A stretch of 64,000 nucleotides of DNA from Marsupella aquatica (GCA_973895155.1 OZ316891.1:19927048-19991047); one strand, 5' to 3'. Shown: positions 49,172-61,760, counted from the stretch's first letter. Program-made: numbers and translations. Notes: a model not told the origin generated them from the letters alone.

Positions 49172-51174
49172 CTTGTGTTAAATCTTGGTTGAGGCTGTCT
49201 CTCATAGGTATAACCAGGCAAACATTCTGCTATTACTTTGAAGTCCACGATTAGCCAAGCTCTACAGTACTCATAATAGTGGCCGACTAGGGTGAACACT
49301 ATTAGGATCCACATTGCTGTTTTTATGGCCTGATCAACGTGTTGTACTTTGGACTGTGTCCCCTCTGAAGGGAGCCCTCCTGCTCTGACTACACCCTCTA
49401 TGGTTGCTCTAGGGTCTTTGCTCTTTTCTGCCCTTGATGGCTTGCCGCCTTTTGGCTTGCTTGTTTTTCCCCATCCGTGGGGTTCACGCGGAATAAAATT
49501 AAAATTAAAATTAAAAAAAAAGTTTATACAAGATATAAAACTTAGAACAAGGTTGTCTTTTCCTACTTTGTAATGAATCCTACGAATTCTTCTCCATCTT
49601 CATGCCAAGTTGCCTTCATAGAAACTTAAACTGCTTTTGGAAACTTGGTTCAATCAAATTAAAAAAATCCTGCTACATATGCCAAGTAAGTGTACACCTG
49701 GAATTTCTTCCTTTTCATCAGAGTTTTGAGATAGCTGTATGCAACACACATGAGGAACTGTTCAATAGGTACTATAGGATTGAGATCGCTATGGCACTCT
49801 GTAATAGCAATGCAAAAATCAGGAAAATCAACTTGGACCTGTCCCAATGTGATAGTGTGCACAGTGGGTGGAGCACCCTCAACACTAGTAGGATCCTGCC
49901 AACTCAAATTGAATGCCCCATTGCCATGTTCAATCATGTGACAATCAACTTTCTAATTGGGGTCATATTCTTGAACACAAAAGCAAACGCACTGTCACAT
50001 ATCACATATGTCGTGACATATAGTATCATAGCCATAGTGTATCAAAAATATACAAAGCACCGGCAATGCACATGTGCAAGCCGGTAGCAACCAACATGCA
50101 TAGAAAAAGTCCCATCACATTTACAAGTGCCAAGAAAAAGCAAAAGAGGTGGTATGTACGTAGTGGAGGTGTAAACCTCTGTATATAAAAGGCGTAAGAG
50201 AAACAAGCGTACTGAAATTGAATCAAAAACCGACAAGATGCCAAATCGGCCGGGAGCATCTAAAGAATCATTGTGTAAATCATGTGTACGGATCCGACGA
50301 GCACTGTCTGAGCTCTGTCAACAACGATTCAAGAAGAATTGAAAATCAACAAAGAAAGACATGCCCTAAGTAAGCCAAGTCTCAGCGTCACACTAACAAG
50401 CATGTTTGCTTCAAGAACACCTTTAATTTGCTATAAGAACATGTAACTAACTGAAGCAGTGGCCCTAACTACATACCTAGCGGGCATGCGAGGGACATGC
50501 CGATGTGCATAAGAGGCACTATTTGATCCCTTGGCATGACACATATTCTTCCCAACATTCAAAGAAAATTACATTTAACAATATGGATCCAGTGTAGGGA
50601 CTGACCTCAACAGCAAAAACACCAGTAGGTTCAAAGTTCAATCATTGCTGCTTATTTGCTACAAAAACTTGCAGCACCAAAGCCAGAAATTTTGCACCAC
50701 AAATTGAAGGAGAAATTCTCGCAATGTGATCACGAATGCAAACGGGGTCGATTCAGAACCAGACCATCTCGGCCAGTCACCCTGACAAAAAGAAAAGAGC
50801 AGCAAGTTACCTCCCTTGGTCAAAGCCAAAGCACAAATTGATCATGAAAGTGAGTAGAAATGGAACACAAATCCATAGTCAACTAGCAACAACAACAGAC
50901 TTGCATTTGTGATCCAACACACCAAAGGCGAGCAACACAACAGACTCACAGCTACAACACTCAAGACCAGACTGCAGCAGATCTCACACCTCACAACACA
51001 GCCAAGATCAGTTGGGACAACTCAAAACCAAAACCACTTAGAGACAAATTGAGAGGAGCAACAACTCCAAGCTTTCTTGTTTCGAGCTCAAGTTGCATAA
51101 ACAAGAGCAGATCAATCTTTAATGTGGAAAAATTGTGCAGCAGAATTGCCGAGAAAATCAAGTTGGCAAGGCGA

Positions 51175-51537
51175 GAAGCAAGCAACAAGCTTCAGCAGCG
51201 AGTGAAGTAGCAATAACAATAGGGATAGCAGCGATAGCAGCAAGTTGAGCACCAATTGCAGCAAGTCGACCACCAATAGTAGCAAGGCAACCAACGAGTT
51301 TAGCAGCGAGTGAAGCAGCAATAGCAATATGGATAGGAGCAATAGCAGCAAGTCCAGCATCGATAGCAGCAAGTCGAGCACCAATAGCAGCAAGTTGAGC
51401 AGCGATAGCAGCAAGGCAAGCAACGAGTTGAGCTCTTAGCGAGTTGAGCAGCAATAGCAATACTTAGCGAGTCGAGCAGCAAGGGCGAGGTATGGGGGCA
51501 ATAGCAGCAAGGGCGAGCAGAAGGGCAAGCAGAAGGG
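51175..51537. repeat. Low-complexity ~21-bp repeat array (AGCAGCAAGTYGAGCRCCAAT)
   Basis: AGC-rich periodic sequence that explains the overlapping Leu-, Ala- and Cys-rich ORFs in the track. Confidence 0.8.
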
Positions 51538-52214
51538 CTAAGGGGGCGAGCATAGTGTGGCTATCATGGCAGCCATGAGGTGCAGCATTGGGGAGCCGCT
51601 CACAGCAGCGGCCGAATGCAGCAGCGTGCTGTTGATTCTAGGGCTGGACGGGGGGGGGCGCTGCGCTGCAGCAACCAGGTTAGCTGGGTCTTGAAGAGGC
51701 CGGGTTTCTTCTCCGGGCAAATCCAGGGCAGGTTTGGGATCTGTCCCGAATGGGCAAAATGGCATGCATGCGGGCAGGGCTCTAGGTCCCTTTATACCCC
51801 AAGTTGTGGTTTAAGAAACCCTTTGGCTACTATGGATAGAGGAGTAACCAGCAAAGATAAGAAACACCATAATTGGAATTCGGTCTGTCAGGAGGCTGAA
51901 GAGAGCTGAAGAGAGCTGAGGAGAGCTGGGATTGTGAAACTTCGTCGTTTCTCTTTTCTCCCGCTCTCTGTTTCCAAATTGTCATGTTGCGCTTCACTAA
52001 ATCGTCTATTTGAAAGGCCGACGGGAGATTTGGAAAGCTCTGCCTCTTGCCTTTCGAACGAAATGCGTATCACCAACTTTTGACTATCTTAGACATAGTT
52101 TCGACTCGCATAAAGTTTTTTCGAACTCTGCTAGTTCTTCTGTTGAAATTGGACAGATTTGGCTGAATTTTTGAGCGAGGGGTTGCTTAATCCCTGGTGT
52201 TGCAACAAAGCTCG

Positions 52215-54458
52215 ATGGATTCGAATGCGCACTCCGGATTTGGGTGATCGTTTTGCTCCACTGGTGGCAGAGGACCGAATCGCTACCCATATGCCTTTTC
52301 TGGCCGGGGAAACGGGAGGGGACCTTCTGATGCCTCTTGGCAACGCGATGGTGCGCCCCTCTCTCCGGGGCGACGCCCTTGGAGCGGTGAGGCACATGTG
52401 AATTCCCTACCGGAGAAAGATTCCAGTAGATTTTCTATCCAAGATGCACGTGGTGGTCCAAAAGCAGCACCTTATGATCTGTTTGATAACTCTCGGGCGC
52501 AGAGGGAAAGAACTCCCCCGGAACGGCTTCAACGCAGTGGGCGTTTCATCCCCCAACATGGCACCTCGTGGGCTGACCAAATGGACGAAGAAACGATGGC
52601 ACGAGATAATGCTACTCTGGCCCCGCCCCTGCCCGGAGGGAAATATGCAAAAATTGCTCCCAAACCAGCTCCAAGCAATCCACCCTCGAGGGAATACAAT
52701 GACGCACATGATCGGAACGGAGGTGAGCATAGCGACCATCTTGATACCTCACAGGATCACTCGATGGATTTCAACCTTCCACACGATGGGCAACGCAGTA
52801 GAGAGGAAATTTCAGAGAACTCACAGGGTGCCTGCCTGGATATCTTAAGGACTATTGCCTTGAATTCCACAGAGGATTGGCCAGACCAACTTCACACTAC
52901 CATCCAGTGGTCGATTGAGGAAGCTACTCTCTCTGTCCAAGAACTCTACAGTTGCACTATGATGTGCTTCTTCACTGACCGTGCCCCTCTCCTCCCTTCA
53001 TTTCGTGATTGGGTGGAAGGAGTCTTCATTAGGGATTTGGGCTGGCCGGTTACACAGATCAAGTATGTTGGAAAGAATTTTTTCATGATCTCTTTCGAAT
53101 ACCCGGCACACAGAGATGCAGCGTTGGAACTCTCCCCTCTCTTCTTGGATCGGAAAATTGTACATACGTTCCCTTGGGAACCTTCATTTGATGTGAGGAA
53201 TGATTCTTATACCAAACTGCCAGTCTGGATTGAGATACCCTTTTGAGCTCTTGTTCTTGAAGGTTGTCGTAAGAGGATTGCGGAATCTTTTGGTAAATTT
53301 CTTTACTACATTCAAGGTGATGCTCGCAGCTCTTTTCCCCACGATCGCGCTTGCATTCTTTGGGATACTAGCCGCAAAATTCCTCTTAGTGTCGGAGTTG
53401 AGATTACAGAGGATATCACTATTTGGCAGCCGATCAGATTCAAAAACATTCCTTATCACTGCTTTCGATGCAACAAGAAGGGACACCTTGCCAGAGAATG
53501 CAGAACTTTGGAAGAAAATGCCACCGCAACTAAAGACACTGAGGTGACTAAAGCAAACGAAGTAGACGTAGGGGCTATGCAGCACGACAATGATAGCGGT
53601 AACGGTGCTACTAAACGACACATGGACTCCGAGTTTGACAGACAGACTCAGCAACCACCTGACGCTGACACGGTGATTGAATCAACGACGGTGGACAAAG
53701 CACTGGATGTCTCCCCTCCTGGAGCGAATCTTATGATTGCTGCTAACACATTAGCTGCTAAACCTAGTGGTGGGCCATCTATCTCTACTGACTTTCTTGT
53801 CGGTAGCTCCTCTCAACCCCTTCAGGTGAATATGCGTCGTCATACTCAAGCAGTCACACTACCACACACTGACGAGCCTCACAACATTGACCACCAGACT
53901 GTTGAAGCCATAGCATCCCCATCTCCAACTCGCTCTCTTCACCATGTTGCAAGCAACGCAAACAAATTTTGTCTCCCCTTACTCAGAGACAACGCTCTTT
54001 TTCAAGCACTGCCAAGCTCAGAAGACGGCCTAGCTGAACATGGGCTTGATCAGGATCCGATTGTCCCTTCGGGGTCTGATAAATTAGCAATCCAGATTGA
54101 GCATCCTTTGGATCCCCCTTCCACCTCGAACGATGATATGTGCCTACCTATCATTGGAATTGACACGACTGACCAGCAGTTACCTAATGTGGCCAGCGGT
54201 GACGAGATAGTATCAGTTCTGGGGGGTTCGGATATAGAAATGTCCGAATATGAGGAATACATTTCGAAAAGTCAGCTCAAGAAGGATCGTGCCAGGAAAC
54301 TAGAACTCCGAACTCCTCCGTCTGACCAGAAGAAGAAGAAAGACAAAAAAGCCAATACAAAGAAAGGTCGCGTGATACAATTCTCGTCTCACGATACTCA
54401 GACTTCTAGCTCTCAGACCCGAACGCGATCCAATTCGAATCGCAATCTGACGGCGTAG
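52215..54458 (+). pseudogene. LINE copy 2 ORF1 (RRM plus CCHC), single frame with two TGA stops
   Basis: ATG at 52215; TGA at 52245 and 53244 (the second aligns to Arg in IPFRAL of copy 1); CFRCNKKGHLAREC. Confidence 0.87.
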
Positions 54459-54597
54459 GCCGCGTTGGTTCTAATATGGATCGGGCGGACCTTAGGGAAG
54501 GCATTTTTGATGGCTACGCTTCCCTTTGGAAATTTTTGCACTAGAACTTAGAAGCCTCAATCTTTTTCCTCTTTTTGCGTCACAAGGATTCAGGAAC

Positions 54598-57500
54598 ATG
54601 GACACTCGTCTCTTTATCAGTTCATGGAATGTCTATGGCTTATGTGAAGCCAATCGAAAACACATTGTGAAAAACTGGATTACATCGCTCAAAACTCCAT
54701 TGATAGCTCTAGCACTACAAGAGGTTAAAGTAGATAAATTTCGTCTAGACTTAGCTTTACGTACTATTCTACCTTCCTATCAACATATTTCCGCTGAGTC
54801 TGATGAGGGCAAGGGCGACACTTCCCTGTTGGTGCATCCTTCGTTTCAAATCAATCAATCCGGTTTCATTGACAAGGGCAGAGCAGTCTGGGTCAAAGGC
54901 AAACTTGCAGAAGGACATTTTGGGATTGTGAGTATCTATGCTCCTAATACCCCTAGAGAGCGGGCTATTCTGTGGCACGACTTAAAAATCACTTTACCTC
55001 AGGATAATTGGATCGTCTGCGGAGATTTCAACATGGTCGAAAGAAGTTCAGACTCCACCGGTTCTTCACCACTACTCAAAGGAAGAGAAGCGGAATTTTG
55101 GAGGTTTTTCAAAATGAGATTCGACTTAGAAGATGCTGCCAACGTCACACAAGCATTTCGGGGTGCGGAATTTACTTGGCGGCGTATCATCAACTGCAAT
55201 TTAGTGCAATCTAGACTAGACAGGTTCTACTTGAGTGGAAAAAGCTGGTGGACAGGAGCAGTGATCGACTTGCTACATGAAGGTGGAACGGCTCTATCTG
55301 ATCATGGCCCTGTTATTCTATGTTTCAGTCTCTCTCCTCCGGTTCTAGAAAGAAATGTGGCACACAAATCCTCTTTCTTCAAGGCTAACGCCGGGCTTCT
55401 TAAATTGAAAGGATTTATTGACAAACTTGCTGTGGCCTGGACTTCGAGTGAAGTCACGGTTTCAGACCCTCACCTACGCTTCTATCAAGCGAATCTACGT
55501 TTAAAAGACACATACAAGGAAGTTCAATACACCCCGGGGGATCGAGAGAGGGATGTCTCCCTCCTGCGAGGAAAACTTCGAGTCTTGAAAGCTGCTCTTA
55601 CAAACACTTTAAACTGATTTGGAACTCAATGACTATTCTACCATTGAGGACCAGGTCCATGCAACGGAACATGAAGATGCGCAACTAGGCAGAAGACTCT
55701 CACGGATCAGTTGGCTGGGGCAAGGTGATGAACCTTCAAAATTTTACTTCGCCACCATTAAGGCTAAAAGGTCTAGAGAATCGATGCCTTCTCTTCTGTT
55801 AGATAATGGGAACACTATCACTGAGGATGCGTTGATCTTACAAGAAGTTGAGAAGCAGTGCGCTCCTTTGTATGAAGCTCCAGAGGATTTACGGAATAGT
55901 GAATCAAGGGAGGTCCGTAATGCTCGGCGCAAGCTTTTTGCGAATACCCGCAAGTCCCTTACGGCAGAAGAAATCAGGAAACTGGAATCTCCGCCGACAT
56001 TGGAGGAAATCCGTTGCACTCTTTGGCTTCTTCCAGCGGACAAAGCTCCTGGCCCCGATGGCATCACTGCTGAGATTTACAGATCTTGCTGGCATTTTAT
56101 GAAGAATGATCTGCACGACATGATTCTCGACTTTTGGAGAACAGGCACACTCTCAACTAATCTGAAGGAAGGCGTGATTAAGTTGATTCCTAAGAAACCT
56201 GACAAGCGGAGATTGAAGGATTGGCGTCCTCTAACAATGCTCAACACAGTTTATAAAATTGTAGCGAAGCTTCTGGCCTTAAGACTTAAACCGCTCCTCA
56301 ATAAGCTCATAAGCCCTCAGCAAACCGGCTTTATTCCGGGTCATCACATATTAGAAAATATCTCTATTGCTTGGATGACTGTCGATTGGGTCTGTTCCCA
56401 GAAGACGAGTGCACTTTTTCTGCTTCTTGATTTTGAAAAAGCATTTGATAGAGTATGCCACTCCTATATCTGGGAAGCTATGCATTTACTCGGTTTGGGT
56501 AGCCATTTCATTAGCCTGGTTAGATCCCTGCTAACTGGAGCCTACTCCAAAGTTCACGTCAACGGTATGTTCTCTCAGGACATCCAGATGCTTAGAGGGG
56601 TTCGCCAAGGGTGCCCTCTTTCCCCCCTCCTCTTCGTTATAGCCACCCAGCCACTGATGGACTATCTGGACCATGAGATCAGCCAGGGCAGTTTTAGAGG
56701 CATTCAGATTTCTGAATCTCTCTCGATCTCTTACAGATTATTTGCAGACGACTTGGGAATGGTTATACCAGCTACCGAAGAGGATTTCAAGGGGGCAACT
56801 GAGGCATTAGCTTGCTATGAACTGGCCTCTGGTGCCAAACTCAATCTTCGCAAATCGACAGTGATTCCCCTGACTTCAGAAAATGTTCCAGAATGGCTTA
56901 CAAACACTGGATGCAAAATTAGCCTTCCTGGCGAAATTCAGCGTTATCTGGGTGCACCTCTGGGATGGGGCCTAACAGCCTCCCGTCTTCACAAATTCTG
57001 TCTTGACAAGCTCGGTGCTAGACTTTCTAGCTGGGCCACTCGATTTCTATCGTTTACAGGACGCACTATTCTCATTAAACATGTGCTACAAGCGATACCC
57101 ATTTATCACATGATGTTTTTGCGCAACCCCAGCTCACTAGCTAAATCAATGGTTGCCTTATGTCGAGACTTCCTTTGGGGCTACAATGCTGTTGGCGGCA
57201 GAAAGATTCCTCTGGTTGCCTGGCAAACGATGGCCAGACCCAAAATTGATGGCGGTCTCGGCTTCAAAGATTTTAGAAGCCATTCAGATGCGCTTCTATG
57301 CCAATGGTTTACTCGAGCACTGGATACAAAGCAGTCTGAATGGTCTTCCCTTTTTGAAGCGAATCTACGTTTGGCAAAATGGAGGAATCAGAAACACATT
57401 CAGCGCAACAATTACTCTCTTTCAGATCTTTTATTACTCAGTTATCCCCATTCCTTTGGCCGTCTTCACTACACAGGAGGTCTATGGAAGGCTTGGGAAT

Positions 57501-58522
57501 CACTGCGTTCTCATCTTATTTTCTCCCCGGAAGCATCTAGTGTCGCCAGCTGGTGGAGCATTGAGGACGTACTTAGATGTTTTAAAAGCTTTCAGCAGCT
57601 GGATGATCCTTCTCTCTGTTCTATGATTAAGCTATTGGGGAGAATAGGTATCAGGAAAATAGCAGATCTTCGAGGTGAACATCTCGTGATCTTACATTAC
57701 TACACAGGCAAACTATCACGTATCAGAGGTTTTGAGTGGAGGATTCGGGAGTTGTGTCTGCTTTTCATCCGGAAAATCCAGGGCATTTCAGATGTTCGAG
57801 GCCCTCTCAGGTCTAGAGCCACACAATGGCGCTGGTCGGACAAGGAGGAGCGGATGGAAAAATTCTATCTGCCCAATGCACGGATGTACCATCTATTGAG
57901 ACCTAAAGGCTCAGACTTTATCAGGCTCAACGGAATTTGGGGCCATTCACGCTCTGAACGGCAATGGAACAAGCTTTGCATCTCTCTATGGTCAACCGAT
58001 CTTCCTCTCAAAGCTCGCACCTTTCTCTGGAGAATAATAGCACAAGGTCTTTTCACCGGAGTCAGAGCTGCGAGGATCGGGAAAGGAGACGGCCACTGTT
58101 TGCTTTGCTCCAATGTTTTGGAGACGATCCCACATCTTTTTCTTTCCTGCTCTTTTGCTCAACGCTGCTGGTCTTTGGTTGGCCAAACGTTTACAGGCAC
58201 TCTCAACTGGCAACAAGCTGATCTTTTTGCCACTCTGGTACTACGAGGTCACCAGGGAGCCCATAAATCCCTCAAAATCTTCATGATTTTCCACACAATG
58301 TGGACTCTATGGCTGGCTAGAAACGAACAAGTTTTCAACTCTAGACAGACTCGTATCTTCAACATGAACCTGGTCTTGTCTGAACTTCTGGATTCTCTTC
58401 ATGGTATTTGTGAAGCCTCCAGCCCTAGCAGAAACAATACTAGAATTCTCAGGATTAAAGAATTAGTAGGTATGGAAAAGTTGAGATGGATCACGTGCTC
58501 AGATGCTAGGCTCTATAGTTAA
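54598..58522 (+). pseudogene. LINE copy 2 ORF2 (APE-RT-zf-RVT), one frameshift near 55615
   Basis: SWNVYGL, QEVK, GDFN, SRLDRFY, SDHGP; KAPGPDG, DFEKAFDRV, RQGCPLSP, LFADD; CLLC...ETIPHLFLSC. Confidence 0.95.
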
Positions 58523-59232
58523 ACACTTATCTTAGGTCGCTTGGCAGCGGTCTGATATTTTTATTTTTTATTTTTTAGTGGTCCTCTTTGACCTAGAGTT
58601 TTGGACGAAACTGGCCCTCCATTTCTTGTTCTTTTTGGCTTTGTTCTTTGCCTTGTATGGCTTTTGGCCCCCCTTCCCGTGGGTTTTCGCGGGTTTTATT
58701 TAAAAAAGAAAAAAGAAAAAAGAAAAAAGAAAAAAGAAACACCATAATTACTATGGGTAAAGTAATACCAAGGGACTTTGAGACCTTTTAACTACTATGG
58801 ACAAAACGATATTTTGCATGAACAACATGTTACATGCATTATGTAGATATAGAGATACTAAGGGAAACTTTTTGCATGGAGAATTACACTTGGCATTACC
58901 ATGAATGTACTTCTATTTGTCTTCAATGAAATTGTCCTAACTACCTTTAACATTCACTTCATTTAGAATACTCCATTTAATCTTTGTTCTCTCATCTATC
59001 TATTCTAATGTGCAACCCCAAATAGTACAATTGAAAACATGCTTACATAACCAAGGGGTCTTCGAACTAATTCCAGTTTTGGTTGTTATCCTAGTAGCCA
59101 GTTTCTAGTCACAGGCCCCATTAGCCAAAATATAATGGGCATCTTAAATATAGAGAGATTTAACGGTTCAAAAAACTTCAGTATCATCAGATAAATAATA
59201 TTCTCATGACATTTGCCGCTTCATTTAAACAA

Positions 59233-61760
59233 TTTTTTTTTAATTTTAATTTTAAATAAATTTCATCTTTATTCCGCGTGAACCCCACGGATGAGGGAAC
59301 CAGCAGGCCCAAGGCAAAAGGGCCACAAGGCCAAAAAGGACAACAACAGATGCACCTTGCATACCAGAGGGGAACAACACCACAAGACCAATCCTGAGCC
59401 AATTCAGGAGCTAAGCAATAATCTTAATACTCCATGCAACAGTGTTCAGCCAAATCAGCATATGATTAAATCATCATATGAACAACAGAGCATCGAAGTA
59501 TCTAAATGGGTCCCTACATTAGGTGAAGATCATTCACCGTCATGATCCTGTCAGATTCACTGGTCATTGGGATGTTAGTTTCTGTACCCTACCCCTAAGT
59601 AGCCTACGTTGCTCTGCCTCCACCATAGTCCTAGCCTGGGAAAGCCGCCCAATCTTACGGCCAGAGCAAGATGAAGCAGCCACAGCCGACAGGTGATCAA
59701 TAGTCTCCGTGCAGATATTAATCTGATCAAAAACGCGGTGTCTGGTCTGATCAAACGTCTGGCCATTCCTGGCAAGCCACAGGGACCACAAAGTTTGGTA
59801 CATCAAGAAAACCTGTAACGTATGCAAAGGGGTCTTCCCCTGCATCGACAACAGGAGATGCACCAACCCAAGGGCCCGGTTAAATAATCTCCCATTCAGC
59901 CAGCCCTGCATTACCAGCCAGCAAGCCCCAACATGGCGGCAGTCAAAGAAAATGTGCGGGATAGTCTCCACCACACCGGAGCAGAGTGTACATACCCCAT
60001 CAGACTTCCCAATCCTCAGAGCTTTGGAGCCAGAAAATAAACCCAGGGCAAGGATGCGCCATAAGAAGGTTCGGGCACGAGTGGATAGATCTGCCGTCCA
60101 TATAACCTGCCAGACCTTACACCATTCAATCTCAAGCAAGTTCACATTCCAGATCCTGTTAAGCCTGCAGAAATCAGATCCCTTGGGTCTTAGCAACTCA
60201 AACACCCTGAGATTGGGAAGCCCAAATTTAGTCAGGGGCACACTGTCCTTATCGATCCATCTCCATAGTCTTGCTCCTGAGTCCCCAGTTGTTTCTCTGC
60301 AGATAGATCTGTGAAGAGTGGCAATAAAGGATAGACAAAATCTCCTATCGTCTTCCGGTAGACCCCTCAGTCTGAGCATCTTCTCATTCATATCCATCCA
60401 CTGATTATTCAGAGCAGACCGCAAATCGTTGACTTTCCTGACACCCAGCCTTCCACAGATCTTAACTACACCCAAAATGTTGGCCTCAGGGAGAGTGTAA
60501 AAATCCAATAGACAGCGCAAAACATCTTCAATCCCCCAGTGTCCGGGGATGGCCGCAGTGCCAGGACAAAGGACCAGGTTCTCCCGAACCAAGGTCCAAG
60601 CACACCAAAGCTGGCCAGTATAACAGAGCTTCCCAAATGAGCGAGGAGTACTGAGCAGGACCTTATCCTTCATCGAGTAGTTGTTCCTGCGTACCGTCTT
60701 ATAGTTGCGCCACTTAGTTAGCTTTAGATTCTCCGCATACATCCTGGCCCATTCCGATTCCGGTCTATCAAGCGCCCCAGTAAACCATTTACTTAGTAGA
60801 GCATCAGAATGACTACGAAAGTCCTTCAATCCCAGGCCACCATCCACCTTAGGTCGTGCCAGCTTCGCCCAGGCCACCAGTGGAATTCGCTTCCCCCCTG
60901 TTTGTTAATCCCCCAAAGAAAAACACGACTGAGTGCAATCAGCTTCTTTGCCAGAGAAGCAGAGGATCGCAGAAACATCATGTGATATACAGGAATGGCA
61001 AGTAAAACATGTTTGATCAACAGCACCCTTCCAGTGAAAGATAGAAAACGGGTACACCAAGATGAGAGTCTGGCTCCAATCCGGTCAAGGCAAAAGTCAT
61101 GCAACTGTGCTTCAGTAAGATCCAAGCCAAAGGGAGCACCCAAATATTTCTGTACCACTCCTCTTTCACTAATCAGACATCCGGTAGCTAGAAGCCAGCT
61201 CGGGATCGCCTCCACAGCAAGGGGAATAACAACTGACTCATTTAAGTTCAATTTAGCACCTGTGGCATCTTCGTAGCAAGTGAGAGCACTCCTGGCTTGC
61301 TCAAAGGCGGCCGCTGAGGCCGGGATGAACAACCCTAAGTCATCCGCAAAAAGTCTAAAACATATGTGTAGAGAACTGGAGATCTGTAAACCCTGTAATC
61401 TACCAGCATTAATCTCCGCTGTAAGAAAATCCATCAAGGGCTGTGTAGATATGACAAAGAGAAGAGGTGAGAGAGGGCAGCCTTGTCTCACACCCCTGGA
61501 CATCTTCACATCCTCAGTCCAGATGCCATTGACGAGAGCCTTAGAGCAGGCATTGCTGATCAGAGACTTTACTAGAAAAATAAAATGTGAGCCGAGGCCT
61601 AACAGGTTCATAGTTTCCCATATGTAAGAGTGATCCACTCTGTCAAAGGCCTTCTCAAAATCCAGTTTCAAGAAAAGAGCCGGGGTCCTAGTGAAGTTAA
61701 TCCAGTCTTTAACCAGCCAGGTGAGAGAGATATTTTCCAGAATGTGCCGCCCAGGGATAA
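59233..61760 (-). mobile_element. L1-clade LINE copy 3, 5'-truncated, same subfamily as copy 1
   Basis: ORF2 runs from IPGRHILENIS to the stop at 59564, with a 1-nt frameshift in a G run near 60895. The 3' end CATCCGTGGGGTTCACGCGGAATAAAA is identical to copy 1. No TSD found. Confidence 0.93.

Larger units (their letters stand above)
30383..49517 (+). mobile_element. L1-clade LINE copy 1 with both ends present, interrupted by a CACTA insertion
   Basis: 17-bp TSD AAAAGTTTATACAAGAT at 30366-30382 and 49518-49534; ORF1 and ORF2 present; 3' tail (AAAATT)n-A(n). The LINE sequence proper is 30383-35180 plus 47757-49517. Confidence 0.95.
51875..58733 (+). mobile_element. L1-clade LINE copy 2, full length (6.86 kb), nearly intact
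   Basis: 16-bp TSD AAGAAACACCATAATT at 51859-51874 and 58734-58749; ORF1 and ORF2 present; tail of (AAAAAAG) units. Confidence 0.96.

Noticed and set aside
51112-51482. Leu-rich, Ala-rich and Cys-rich ORFs
   Set aside because: All three frames are open because of the 21-bp low-complexity repeat; no domain signal.
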